A stretch of DNA of 32,000 bases, from positions 1-32,000 of the forward strand of contig JAWBJZ010000008.1 of the NCBI GenBank assembly GCA_038832005.1, read 5' to 3'. Within the stretch, counting starts at the first letter, position 1. Each line of letters opens with the position of its first letter. A model generated the notes under the pieces. That model saw only the letters and a list, made by a program, of their open reading frames with translations. It ran no database searches and was not told the DNA's origin. Source of the stretch: Candidatus Caldarchaeum sp. Lineage in GTDB: Archaea; Thermoproteota; Nitrososphaeria_A; Caldarchaeales; Caldarchaeaceae. The translations under genes were made by a program, and so were the position numbers. Shown piece by piece: positions 7,593 to 15,539 of the stretch.

Positions 7593-8730
7593 AGCAGACC
7601 CCTTCTCAACAGTCCCAAAAACCAGCCTCCAAGCATTCTACGACAGGGAGAATGAGCTACAGCAACTACAGCGGGCTGTGAAGGATGGGAGCAGGCTTGT
7701 TCTTGTTCTCGGCGTCAGACGCATAGGCAAGACATCGCTGATCAGAGTTGCTTTAAACCAGCTCAGCAAACCCTACGTCTTCATAGACCTGAGAGCCTTG
7801 GAATCATACGAGGACAGGTCTCTCTACAGGCTGCTGGCAGACGAGCTCAACAAAATAGTTCCGTTGTCTAAGAAAATTCTCCAGTACCTGAAACGTGTGC
7901 GCGGTGTTTCCGTTGGGAATGGGATGGTTTCCCTCGCAATCGGCAGGGATAAACCGAACATCATCAGCATGCTGAGGACGTTGGATGCTTGGGCTGCTGA
8001 CGAAGGCTTTACGTTGCCCATTGTCTTCGATGAGGCACAGGAATTACGGTTCTTTAGGGGTGGGAGGCGTCGTATCGACTTCAGAAAGATACTAGGCTTC
8101 TGCTACGACAACCTTGAAAGAACAGCCATCATACTGTCGGGCTCCGAAATAGGACTCCTCTACAGCTTCATCGGAGCTGATGACCCAAGCTCGCCTCTTT
8201 ACGGCCGCCATTACGCTGTAATCCAGCTGGAAAGACTCAGCAAAGAGAAATCTGTTGATTTTCTGAGGAAAGGGTTTGAGTACCATGGGATAAAGCCGTC
8301 TGAAGAAATCTTGGCTAGAGCTGTTGAAGAGTTTGACGGATTAATTGGCTGGCTGACGTATTTTGGGGCTGAGGCTGTGAGGCTCTACAGGCATGATGTC
8401 AGACCGACACTTCAGGAGTTGACGAGGCTCGTGCGAGCAAAAGCGGTTGAGCTCTGCGCCATCGAACTTGAAAAACTTTACTTACGCTCTCCTCTCTACT
8501 TAGGGTTGCTGGCTGACGTCGGCAGCGAGGGCAGCACTTGGTCTGAGCTGAGGATTGCTCTGGAGAAGAGGTTCAAAAGGACTGTAAGTGACCCACAGCT
8601 ATTCACACTTCTCCAAAACCTCGAAAACCTCAGCTACATCAAGAAGGACCAGGGGCGTTACAAGGTTTTAGACCCAGTCACGGCTGAGGCGGCTAGGATG
8701 CTGCTTGACAGAAGGCTTCGCAGACCATAG
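7579..8730 (+). CDS. Archaeal ATPase family protein (Arch_ATPase / DUF234-type AAA+)
   Basis: 383 aa. FYDRENELQQL followed by Walker A LGVRRIGKTSL and Walker B IVFDEAQEL, with a C-terminal winged-helix-like tail. This is the typical archaeal ATPase layout. Confidence 0.85.
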   Translation: MTPLAADPFSTVPKTSLQAFYDRENELQQLQRAVKDGSRLVLVLGVRRIGKTSLIRVALNQLSKPYVFIDLRALESYEDRSLYRLLADELNKIVPLSKKILQYLKRVRGVSVGNGMVSLAIGRDKPNIISMLRTLDAWAADEGFTLPIVFDEAQELRFFRGGRRRIDFRKILGFCYDNLERTAIILSGSEIGLLYSFIGADDPSSPLYGRHYAVIQLERLSKEKSVDFLRKGFEYHGIKPSEEILARAVEEFDGLIGWLTYFGAEAVRLYRHDVRPTLQELTRLVRAKAVELCAIELEKLYLRSPLYLGLLADVGSEGSTWSELRIALEKRFKRTVSDPQLFTLLQNLENLSYIKKDQGRYKVLDPVTAEAARMLLDRRLRRP

Positions 8731-8761
8731 ACTAATATCGGAAGCAGGTTTGTGGTTTTAC

Positions 8762-9367
8762 GTGGTTGTAAGTAGAAGGGGTAGAAGCTTTTTCGAAAAG
8801 GTTGTGACGCCTGTTGTCAGCGTTTTTGCCCGCGCTGGTTTTACTCCCAACATGCTTACTTTTTTGGGGCTTGTGGCTACGGCTGCATCGCTATTCTTCT
8901 ACATGCTTGCAAAAGCCAACAGCATTTACTTTCTGTTTGCAGCGTTGTTATTAGCTGTGGGCAGTCTGTTGGATGGGTTGGATGGGCCACTAGCACGTCA
9001 CACGGGCAGACAGTCAAACGCAGGGGCTTTCCTCGACTCTTTCATCGACAGAGTCTCCGACACACTCATCGTTGTTGGCTTCATGCTGACAGGTTTTGTT
9101 GACGGGTTTCTCGCGGTAGCCATGCTGGCTTCAAGCATGTTGGTCAGCTACGCAAGAGCGAGGGGTGAGTCGTTGAACGTCAGTTTGAGGGAGGTAGGGT
9201 TTGGCGAAAGGGCTGTGAGGCTTCTCGCAGCGATAGCGGGAACGTTGCTCGCCATCATGCATCCGCTGGCCCTGCAAGCCTCAGCAATCTTCATCACCGT
9301 TGTTTCGACTGTTACAGCCGTCCAAAGAGTCTGGGCAACGATGTCCATTCTCTCGGGGAGGACATAG
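8762..9367 (+). CDS. CDP-alcohol phosphatidyltransferase family protein (archaeal polar-lipid head-group transferase)
   Basis: Signature DGLDGPLARHTGRQSNAGAFLDSFIDRVSD (D-G-x2-A-R-x8-G-x3-D-x3-D) and several TM helices. The start is uncertain: the track uses TTG 8705, which overlaps the upstream gene. TTG 8750 and GTG 8762 give the usual short N-terminus before GFTPNMLT. Confidence 0.85.
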   Translation: MVVSRRGRSFFEKVVTPVVSVFARAGFTPNMLTFLGLVATAASLFFYMLAKANSIYFLFAALLLAVGSLLDGLDGPLARHTGRQSNAGAFLDSFIDRVSDTLIVVGFMLTGFVDGFLAVAMLASSMLVSYARARGESLNVSLREVGFGERAVRLLAAIAGTLLAIMHPLALQASAIFITVVSTVTAVQRVWATMSILSGRT

Positions 9368-9369
9368 CC

Positions 9370-9846
9370 GTGGAAAAGATTGTGCTCAAACCGATAGGCT
9401 ACGTGTCTCAGGGCATGCCCGTCGACAAAACCGTGAAATGGAACCGCTGGACAGACCCCTCAACCATCATAATCAACGAAGAATACCGCCCCGGGCTCGA
9501 AGGCCTCGAAGAATACAGCCACGTGTTCATCATCTACTTCATGCACGTAAGCCATCCAGCCGAGCTGAAGATAAGGCCGAGGAGCAGAGCCGACATGCCT
9601 GAGGTAGGTGTTTTCGCCTCAAGGGCTCCCAGCAGGCCCAACCCGATAGGCTTGACCGTCTGTAAGCTCCTCGAGGTTGGTGAGGGTTTTCTGAAGGTTG
9701 TCGGCTTGGACGCTTACACTGGAACACCGGTCCTAGACATAAAGCCATACGACTACTACGACGTCATCAAGCAGCCCAAAGTCCCTTCATGGTTTGAGAA
9801 AATCTGGGTGGAGAGGAACAACAACCTATCAACGGAAAATCCCTGA
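9370..9846 (+). CDS. TsaA/YaeB-family SAM-dependent methyltransferase (TrmO-like)
   Basis: 158 aa, GTG start. Family pattern LKPIGYV..., YSHVFIIYFMH, RPNPIGLTVCKLLEV, GLDAYTGTPVLDIKPY. Confidence 0.85.
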   Translation: MEKIVLKPIGYVSQGMPVDKTVKWNRWTDPSTIIINEEYRPGLEGLEEYSHVFIIYFMHVSHPAELKIRPRSRADMPEVGVFASRAPSRPNPIGLTVCKLLEVGEGFLKVVGLDAYTGTPVLDIKPYDYYDVIKQPKVPSWFEKIWVERNNNLSTENP

Positions 9847-9939
9847 CGGAGCCGCCGTTTATATTTCAGATGCCTAATTTGTAAGGTATATACCCTAAAC
9901 ATCTAAATAAATCTAGGACATACTTTCGGCGAAGACCAT

Positions 9940-11514
9940 ATGTTAGCAGGGCAAAACGTTTCCCTTCTAATGCCCGTAAGTGCTTTCGGAGTTTATCTTC
10001 ACGCGTTCTTCGTAAGCCTGACCTTGGGCTTGCCTTTCGTCATCTCATCCCTGCTTTTCGTTTGGTGGAGGACGGGTGACGAGGACTACTACAAGGCTGC
10101 GAGAATCACTACGGGTGTTTTAGCGGTCAACTTCGCCCTCGGAGCCATCATGGGAACGCTTGTCGAGTTCGGTCTTGTCCAAGCCTGGCCCGGCTCGATA
10201 TACGCCGTCGCCACCGTTGCCTTCGCACCCCTCGCCTCCGAGCTGGTAGCATTCATTGGCGAGATCGTCTTTCTGGTGGCCTTCATCGTCACGCTGCGTT
10301 GGGTTAAGCCTTGGGTGAGCATAGGTTTGATGGCGGGATACTTTGCTTTCGCAGGTTTTTCAGGCGTTCTGATTACTTTGGTCAACAGCTGGCTCAACGT
10401 CCCGTGGGGCACGGGCCCGCTCGCGTCAGTTCTCTATCCATACCTACCGAGCTACGGTCCCACAGCCTTCGACATACCAGTCCTCGTAGCTGTTAAACTT
10501 GCTCTCGTAGACAGCCTCCTTACAGCAGGCACCGCCTCGCAGATTCTGCAGAACCCCGAAACCGCCAAAGCCATCGGCATAAGCCTGAACGACCTCTTCG
10601 TAGCCTTCAACTCTCCCTACGGGCTTGCAAGCGTGGCCCATAACCTATCAGCCGCGATAATCATAGGCATGGCCTTTGCCGCAGCAGCCTTCGCTTACAA
10701 ACATCTCCGAACAGGAGACACAAAATACGTCAAACTCATCAGACCGTTCCTCCCCATCCTGCTGATACTGCTCATTCTCCAGCCGATTGTTTTCGGACAC
10801 AACATGGGCAGCGCTGTCGCAGCATACATGCCGACAAAATTCGCCATGATGGAGGGAGCTTACACAACAAAGCAAAACCCGCTGATCTCGTTCCTCGCAT
10901 ACGGAGACCCGTCAAAACCCATACTGGGATTCGATGAATTTGTTAAAAAATGTGAGATGCATGGAGATATAACGGTTGGAATTGTCGCGGCACAGGTTTT
11001 ACCCAATTACATCCCGGGCCCCTCCAGCAACATCAAGCTGAAAGACCTATGCCTGATGGATTTGGCTGAAGCACAAAACCGTGTTGCGGTCATTAATGCA
11101 GTATTCTACGTCAAGATAGGTGCTGGCGTGGTTGCCTTGGCAGCTGTCATCGGCCTTGTCTCAGCAACGTTCAACATCGGCTTGCTCAGCCGTATTGTCT
11201 CAGCCTTCTCCAACAGGTTTGGAAAAAGACAACTAGTTTTCCTTTTCGCATTGCTTGTGTTGATAGGCTCTGTTCTGCCAGCTGTTCTAGGCTGGTACGT
11301 TAGGGAAGCAGGTAGGAAGCCGTGGACTGTTTACGGGCTGCTGACCCCAGCCGAGCTCGTTACACCTGTTTCAGTCCCACCGGCGACAATAGCCATTTTC
11401 ACAGCGGTCTTCACGGCCATGGCCTTCGGAGGGGTTTACGGCATGTATCTTGTGGCCACCAAGCCTCTATTGTTCGTCAAACTTCTGAGGAAAGGGGCGG
11501 GTGAGGAAGAGTGA
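9940..11514 (+). CDS. cydA: Cytochrome bd-type quinol oxidase subunit I (CydA)
   Basis: 524 aa, polytopic. N-terminal YLHAFFVSLTLG (heme-ligand His) and NFALGAIMGTLVEFGLVQAWPG. It also has ASELVAFIGEIVF (conserved Glu residues), VAHNLSAAIIIG (second His), MPTKFAMMEGAY and GWYVREAGRKPW. All match the CydA motif order. Confidence 0.85.
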   Translation: MLAGQNVSLLMPVSAFGVYLHAFFVSLTLGLPFVISSLLFVWWRTGDEDYYKAARITTGVLAVNFALGAIMGTLVEFGLVQAWPGSIYAVATVAFAPLASELVAFIGEIVFLVAFIVTLRWVKPWVSIGLMAGYFAFAGFSGVLITLVNSWLNVPWGTGPLASVLYPYLPSYGPTAFDIPVLVAVKLALVDSLLTAGTASQILQNPETAKAIGISLNDLFVAFNSPYGLASVAHNLSAAIIIGMAFAAAAFAYKHLRTGDTKYVKLIRPFLPILLILLILQPIVFGHNMGSAVAAYMPTKFAMMEGAYTTKQNPLISFLAYGDPSKPILGFDEFVKKCEMHGDITVGIVAAQVLPNYIPGPSSNIKLKDLCLMDLAEAQNRVAVINAVFYVKIGAGVVALAAVIGLVSATFNIGLLSRIVSAFSNRFGKRQLVFLFALLVLIGSVLPAVLGWYVREAGRKPWTVYGLLTPAELVTPVSVPPATIAIFTAVFTAMAFGGVYGMYLVATKPLLFVKLLRKGAGEEE

Positions 11515-12638
11515 ACGGTACGGAGCTTTTCGTCTTCAGCCTCCTCGGAATAGCGGTCATAATCCACATCATATTCGTAAACATCACCATGGGGACGGGA
11601 TTCATCTCAGCCATGGCCCGTTTCCTGGCATGGCGTCGAAACGACCCCAGCCTCGAAATCATGTCGCGACGTGTCTTCAAGATTCTCGTGGTTCACGAGT
11701 TGTTTAGCGGTGTTTGGGGAACGGTCATCACCGTGGTTTTGGCTGCTTTTTTGCCCACGCTTCTCGCCATAGCTGTTGACGTAATGTTCTTTCCGCTGCT
11801 CATTGCATTATCGGCCATCATAATAAGAATTCCGACAATTGCGCTTTTCTGGTATACGTGGGGCAAAATCGAGCCGCGCATCCACTCCATCATAGGCTTT
11901 GTGATGGCGTTGTCAGGCTTCGCTGTCCCCATGGGTTTCAGATACGTCTTCGCCGAGATAACCTACCCGCACGGCGTTGGTTTGGCTCTTCAAAACCTGA
12001 GAGATGCCGCAAGGATTGAGGTGTTCGCCAACCCGCTATACCCGCCGCTGATTCTCCACACGTGGGCTGGTGCTCTGTTAGTCGGCGGGTTCATAACCGC
12101 GTCCTTCTTCGCGATCAAAGGCAATGTCTCGCCGAAATTCCTGTGGATAGGGCTTTGGCACGGTATCATCTTCCTCGCAGTGCAACCCTTCATCGGCCTC
12201 TGGTACCTAACATCTCTAAACACTTACGCACCAATACTGTACAATAACATTTTAGGAACGGCGACGTTCAACCTTCTGCCGATGTTCGGGCTTAAGGCCG
12301 TGGTTTTCGCCAGCCTAGCCGCTGTTTCGGCGTTTGTCTGGAAGAAAGTGAAGCGAGGGGAAGGCAGTGTTCCGCGTTATGCGATTGCTCTTGGTCCTTT
12401 AGCGGTTTTGGCGGTGCTCGCCGGCGAATTCATCAACGACGCCGGGAGATACCCATTCCTCGTTTTAGTCAAGGACGCTGGCTTGCCCCTTTCTGTTTTC
12501 TCAAACCTTTATATCCAGATTCCGTATCAGCTGGTTTTTGCCATACTCGGCGTGCTCGTCATCTTTCTGGGAGGGTTCATACTGACAGTGTACTACGCTC
12601 TCAACAAACGATTTCTGGTGGACATGCCTGAAGTTTAA
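11511..12638 (+). CDS. bd oxidase second subunit, CydA-like (CydA-prime type) rather than canonical CydB
   Basis: 375 aa, polytopic. The GTG start overlaps the cydA stop (GTGA) and is preceded by GGTGAGG. The N-terminus IIHIIFVNITMGTGF...KILVVHELFSGVWGTV resembles the CydA N-terminal pattern (H-x-x-F...T-x-G). It does not resemble the CydB DGFDLG pattern. Confidence 0.6.
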   Translation: MNGTELFVFSLLGIAVIIHIIFVNITMGTGFISAMARFLAWRRNDPSLEIMSRRVFKILVVHELFSGVWGTVITVVLAAFLPTLLAIAVDVMFFPLLIALSAIIIRIPTIALFWYTWGKIEPRIHSIIGFVMALSGFAVPMGFRYVFAEITYPHGVGLALQNLRDAARIEVFANPLYPPLILHTWAGALLVGGFITASFFAIKGNVSPKFLWIGLWHGIIFLAVQPFIGLWYLTSLNTYAPILYNNILGTATFNLLPMFGLKAVVFASLAAVSAFVWKKVKRGEGSVPRYAIALGPLAVLAVLAGEFINDAGRYPFLVLVKDAGLPLSVFSNLYIQIPYQLVFAILGVLVIFLGGFILTVYYALNKRFLVDMPEV

Positions 12639-12650
12639 CCATCTTATTTT

Positions 12651-13028
12651 TTACCCGATTCCCTCAGGTCTTTTGAAGTTTATCGAGCCGTTGTTGAAGG
12701 TAATTTCGTAAACCTCGTTAACCTCGAGCTTGACGTTAAGCATGTCGTATTCCTGCTCGGTGATGTAGAGGATTATTTTCGGGAAGATGTTTTCGCGGGT
12801 TACAGGCATAAGGCCCATCGACTGAAGCTGCAGCATGGCTGTTTGAAGCATCCTCTGCACCATCAGCGACTCCTCGCCAAATCCCGCAGGCTGGAAACCG
12901 CCGCCTCTCCTAACCTCGACAAGCTCGATAATCTTCCCCGGCCTCATCGTCTCCGGGTCCGTGTAACTTGTGATTCTCTGAACCTTGACTAACACCAAGC
13001 CAGTCCCCTTCGGAAAGCTCTGCTGCAA
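12651..13028 (-). CDS. Hypothetical protein
   Basis: 125-aa ORF with a TTG start. It has a beta-rich N-terminus, a Gly-rich loop RRGGGFQPAGFGEE, and a Met/Gln-rich helix MVQRMLQTAMLQLQSMGLMP. I recognise no family. Confidence 0.45.
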   Translation of the reverse strand: MQQSFPKGTGLVLVKVQRITSYTDPETMRPGKIIELVEVRRGGGFQPAGFGEESLMVQRMLQTAMLQLQSMGLMPVTRENIFPKIILYITEQEYDMLNVKLEVNEVYEITFNNGSINFKRPEGIG

Positions 13029-13056
13029 ACAAACTCACTAACATCAATATAAAGGC

Positions 13057-13431
13057 TTAGCTCAAACCCTGAAACACATCACACACCACAACACCTTCAG
13101 CGGCAACGGTCTTCAACCATCTACCATCTTTCATCGATTGATACTGCTTTTTTGAAAGTAGGTGTAGCTCCGCCCTTTCGAGAGACAGGTTTGTCCTAAA
13201 CACGTTGTAGACCGTGTCGCCGTCGCACACTTGTTCGTCGTAAACTATCAAGATGTCTACGTCGCTCGACGCCGTGAACCTTTTCACCGCATAAGAGCCG
13301 AATACAACAACCTTCAACAACCCAAGCCTGTTTGAAACCCTGTCAACGGCCTCACGCACCCTTGAAACAACATCATCCAAACTATACTTTGGATAAAATA
13401 TCCTTGCAAAACCCGAGGATTCTCTCCGCAT
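13057..13431 (-). CDS. Minimal nucleotidyltransferase (MNT) domain protein, HEPN partner
   Basis: VVVFGSYAVKRFTASSDVDILIVYDE (GS...DxD of Pol-beta-type nucleotidyltransferases). The ATG at 13431 overlaps the HEPN gene by 50 nt. An in-frame TTG at 13380, 1 nt after the HEPN stop, gives the usual ~20-aa N-terminus. Confidence 0.8.
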   Translation of the reverse strand: MRRESSGFARIFYPKYSLDDVVSRVREAVDRVSNRLGLLKVVVFGSYAVKRFTASSDVDILIVYDEQVCDGDTVYNVFRTNLSLERAELHLLSKKQYQSMKDGRWLKTVAAEGVVVCDVFQGLS

Positions 13432-13777
13432 AGTTTATCATTCTCTCAGCCTCTACTTTTGTGTATCTTCTGCGTGGGGAGGGGGATGGGTGTGCGTTCG
13501 GGTATCTGGTTGGTATGTATGCTTTATCCAGCTCCAGCGAATATGTTAGAAGCTCTTCGTCCACCGTGGTTTTTTCTCTGAGTCTTATAAGCAAGTCGTA
13601 AACGGAATACCCCCACGCCTCGGCGCCGAGCTTCTGGAAGACAGCTTTCACCGCTTTTCCAGCCGACTGCTGGGCGGAGAAACATGCCCAGTCATAAAAA
13701 CCACGTTCTAGGTCGGATTTCGCATGCTCAAGGTCCCCTTCCGCTTGGTCCATCCAGTCCCGACTCCTCTCAACCAC
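13382..13777 (-). CDS. HEPN domain protein
   Basis: 131 aa. WMDQAEGDLEHAKSDLERGFYDWACFSAQQSAGKAVKA (HEPN helices) and the Rx4H motif in PTRYPNAHP. Confidence 0.85.
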   Translation of the reverse strand: MVERSRDWMDQAEGDLEHAKSDLERGFYDWACFSAQQSAGKAVKAVFQKLGAEAWGYSVYDLLIRLREKTTVDEELLTYSLELDKAYIPTRYPNAHPSPSPRRRYTKVEAERMINYAERILGFCKDILSKV

Positions 13778-13906
13778 ATGTTTTCACAGCCAGTGCGAGT
13801 ATAAAAACAGGTGTTGGCCGTATGGTTGAAGCTCCGTCTCAGCCATCCAGCCGCCGGCAAAGCGTGTGGTTTTCCAAACACGGGCAGAAAACGTTCATGC
13901 ATTTCT

Positions 13907-14404
13907 TCACGCAACGGTTTCCAAAACCAGTTTGCCGGCGAGAGCCTCCATGACAAACTGGTTTAACAGAGGCAAGGATTCAGGGTGAACAAGATATTTC
14001 TGAACACGACCTGCCTTGCTTAAAACACGAACCTCACCCTTCTTCTTGACGACGAGCTTCAGATGACTCTGGTATGGAATGTACCAGGATTTGCGGACGG
14101 AGTTGCCTAGGCTGTTGAGCATCATACCGACTGTCTTACCGGTGGTTTTTTCAATGTAAGGCTTGTATCCATACCCCATCTGTCGTGAGGCTTCAGCGAT
14201 AACCCCTGACAGAATGTCTGAAGCTACGTCGCCAGTGCTTCCAACAACCCATGGTGGGATGTTAGCGGTCTCCGACGTTTCAACGGCGGTCAACCCTTCC
14301 TCACCAAACAACAGAAAACATCTAACGTATCCACCGCCCAGTGTTTTCAGCGTGAAAACTTTCTTCCAGCAGTCTAAGGCGAGTAAAACTCTCTCTTCAT
14401 GCAT
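13907..14404 (-). CDS. Hypothetical protein (downstream of gcvH)
   Basis: 165-aa ORF that starts 10 nt after the gcvH stop on the same strand. I recognise no motif. Confidence 0.5.
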   Translation of the reverse strand: MHEERVLLALDCWKKVFTLKTLGGGYVRCFLLFGEEGLTAVETSETANIPPWVVGSTGDVASDILSGVIAEASRQMGYGYKPYIEKTTGKTVGMMLNSLGNSVRKSWYIPYQSHLKLVVKKKGEVRVLSKAGRVQKYLVHPESLPLLNQFVMEALAGKLVLETVA

Positions 14405-14413
14405 GTGGGTTTT

Positions 14414-14836
14414 TCACATTTCCTCTTCGGTTTTCTCCTCCTCAAGCTCCTCGAGATACCTTCTGTACTCGTCTGCGTCCATCAGCTTGTCCAGCTCTGA
14501 AGGGTCTGAAAGCTCTATCTTAGCTATCCAGCCTTCGGTGTAGGGTGATTCGTTGAGCATCTCAGGGTGGTCGAGGAGCTTTGAGTTGACCTCCAGTATC
14601 TTTCCAGAAACAGGGGAGAAGACGTCGGCCGTGGATTTGACGGACTCAACCGTGCCCAAAACCTCTTTAGCCCTGACCTTGACGTTTGTGTGAGGTAGCT
14701 CGACGTAGATGATCTCCCGCAGCTTTTTCTGAGCGTAGTCTGTTATCCCCACGTACGCATACTTCTTTTCATGTCTCACCCATTCATGGTCTCTGGTGTA
14801 TAGAAGGTCTTCGGGTATTTCGTAGCGTTCCGACAT
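14414..14836 (-). CDS. gcvH: Glycine cleavage system H-like lipoyl carrier protein
   Basis: YTRDHEWVR, GITDYAQKKL, the lipoyl-lysine context VESVKSTADVFSPVSGKILEVN, and SPYTEGWI. ATG 14836 is preferred over the track's TTG at 14848. It carries an unusual acidic C-terminal tail, EELEEEKTEEEM. Confidence 0.9.
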   Translation of the reverse strand: MSERYEIPEDLLYTRDHEWVRHEKKYAYVGITDYAQKKLREIIYVELPHTNVKVRAKEVLGTVESVKSTADVFSPVSGKILEVNSKLLDHPEMLNESPYTEGWIAKIELSDPSELDKLMDADEYRRYLEELEEEKTEEEM

Positions 14837-14851
14837 AGTCCACGTCAAGCC

Positions 14852-15436
14852 TTAAAGGGTTTTATATATAGTCTGCGGCTGGACGGTGAGGCCCGCGCTC
14901 AGAAGCCACCAGGCCAACAGCTTTCCCTTCCTCGTAAGGCTGTAAACAACTCTGACGGGCGTGGTCTCCGCTTGAACTGTTTTTGCAACAAGCCCGTGTT
15001 TCTGAAGCTTTCTCAACCTTTCAGAAGCGACTTTCCAGCTTAATCCGTCCAAGCCGTTGACCAGCTCTACGCTGTATCGCGGGCCTTTCAACAGGCTTGT
15101 CAAAATCTCCTTAGACCATTTGCATTTCAGAACCTCAGCCAACGCCTGCGGAGAAACCTCAGAGACAATCGGCGTCAGAAGCCGGGTTATCTGCTCCCCT
15201 GTCTCGGTCAGCATGTACTTCCACCCATCAGCCCTGACCAGCCCCTCACGCTGCAGCAGCCAAAGCTTCCTGACCAAAACAGATGGCTTGACGCTGAGCC
15301 TTCGCTCAAGCTCGGAGAACCTGAGCGCGCTACCTCTCATCGCCGAAAGAATGGGTATTGTATGCTTGCATCTGAAAACGGGCAGCGTAACCATGCTGCA
15401 CTGCTGAGGGACGGTCATGGGTTTGTGGCTTCTCAC
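14852..15436 (-). CDS. Tandem winged-helix transcriptional regulator, HxlR-like
   Basis: 194 aa. The C-terminal half is classic HxlR (CKWSKEILTSLLKGPRYSVELVNGLDGLSWKVASERLRKLQKHGLVAKTV...VVYSLTRKG). The N-terminal half is a degenerate second copy (LRFSELERRLSVKPSVLVRKLWLLQREGLVR). The start is GTG 15436 or ATG 15418. Confidence 0.7.
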   Translation of the reverse strand: MRSHKPMTVPQQCSMVTLPVFRCKHTIPILSAMRGSALRFSELERRLSVKPSVLVRKLWLLQREGLVRADGWKYMLTETGEQITRLLTPIVSEVSPQALAEVLKCKWSKEILTSLLKGPRYSVELVNGLDGLSWKVASERLRKLQKHGLVAKTVQAETTPVRVVYSLTRKGKLLAWWLLSAGLTVQPQTIYKTL

Positions 15437-15539
15437 AAAAGATATAAACGTTTAGAAAAGCTTGTGCGGTTACTTTCCGGTAACAGCCTTACCGTTTTGT
15501 CAGCTAACTCTCAAATATGCAGGCCGCTGGCGTAAACGC

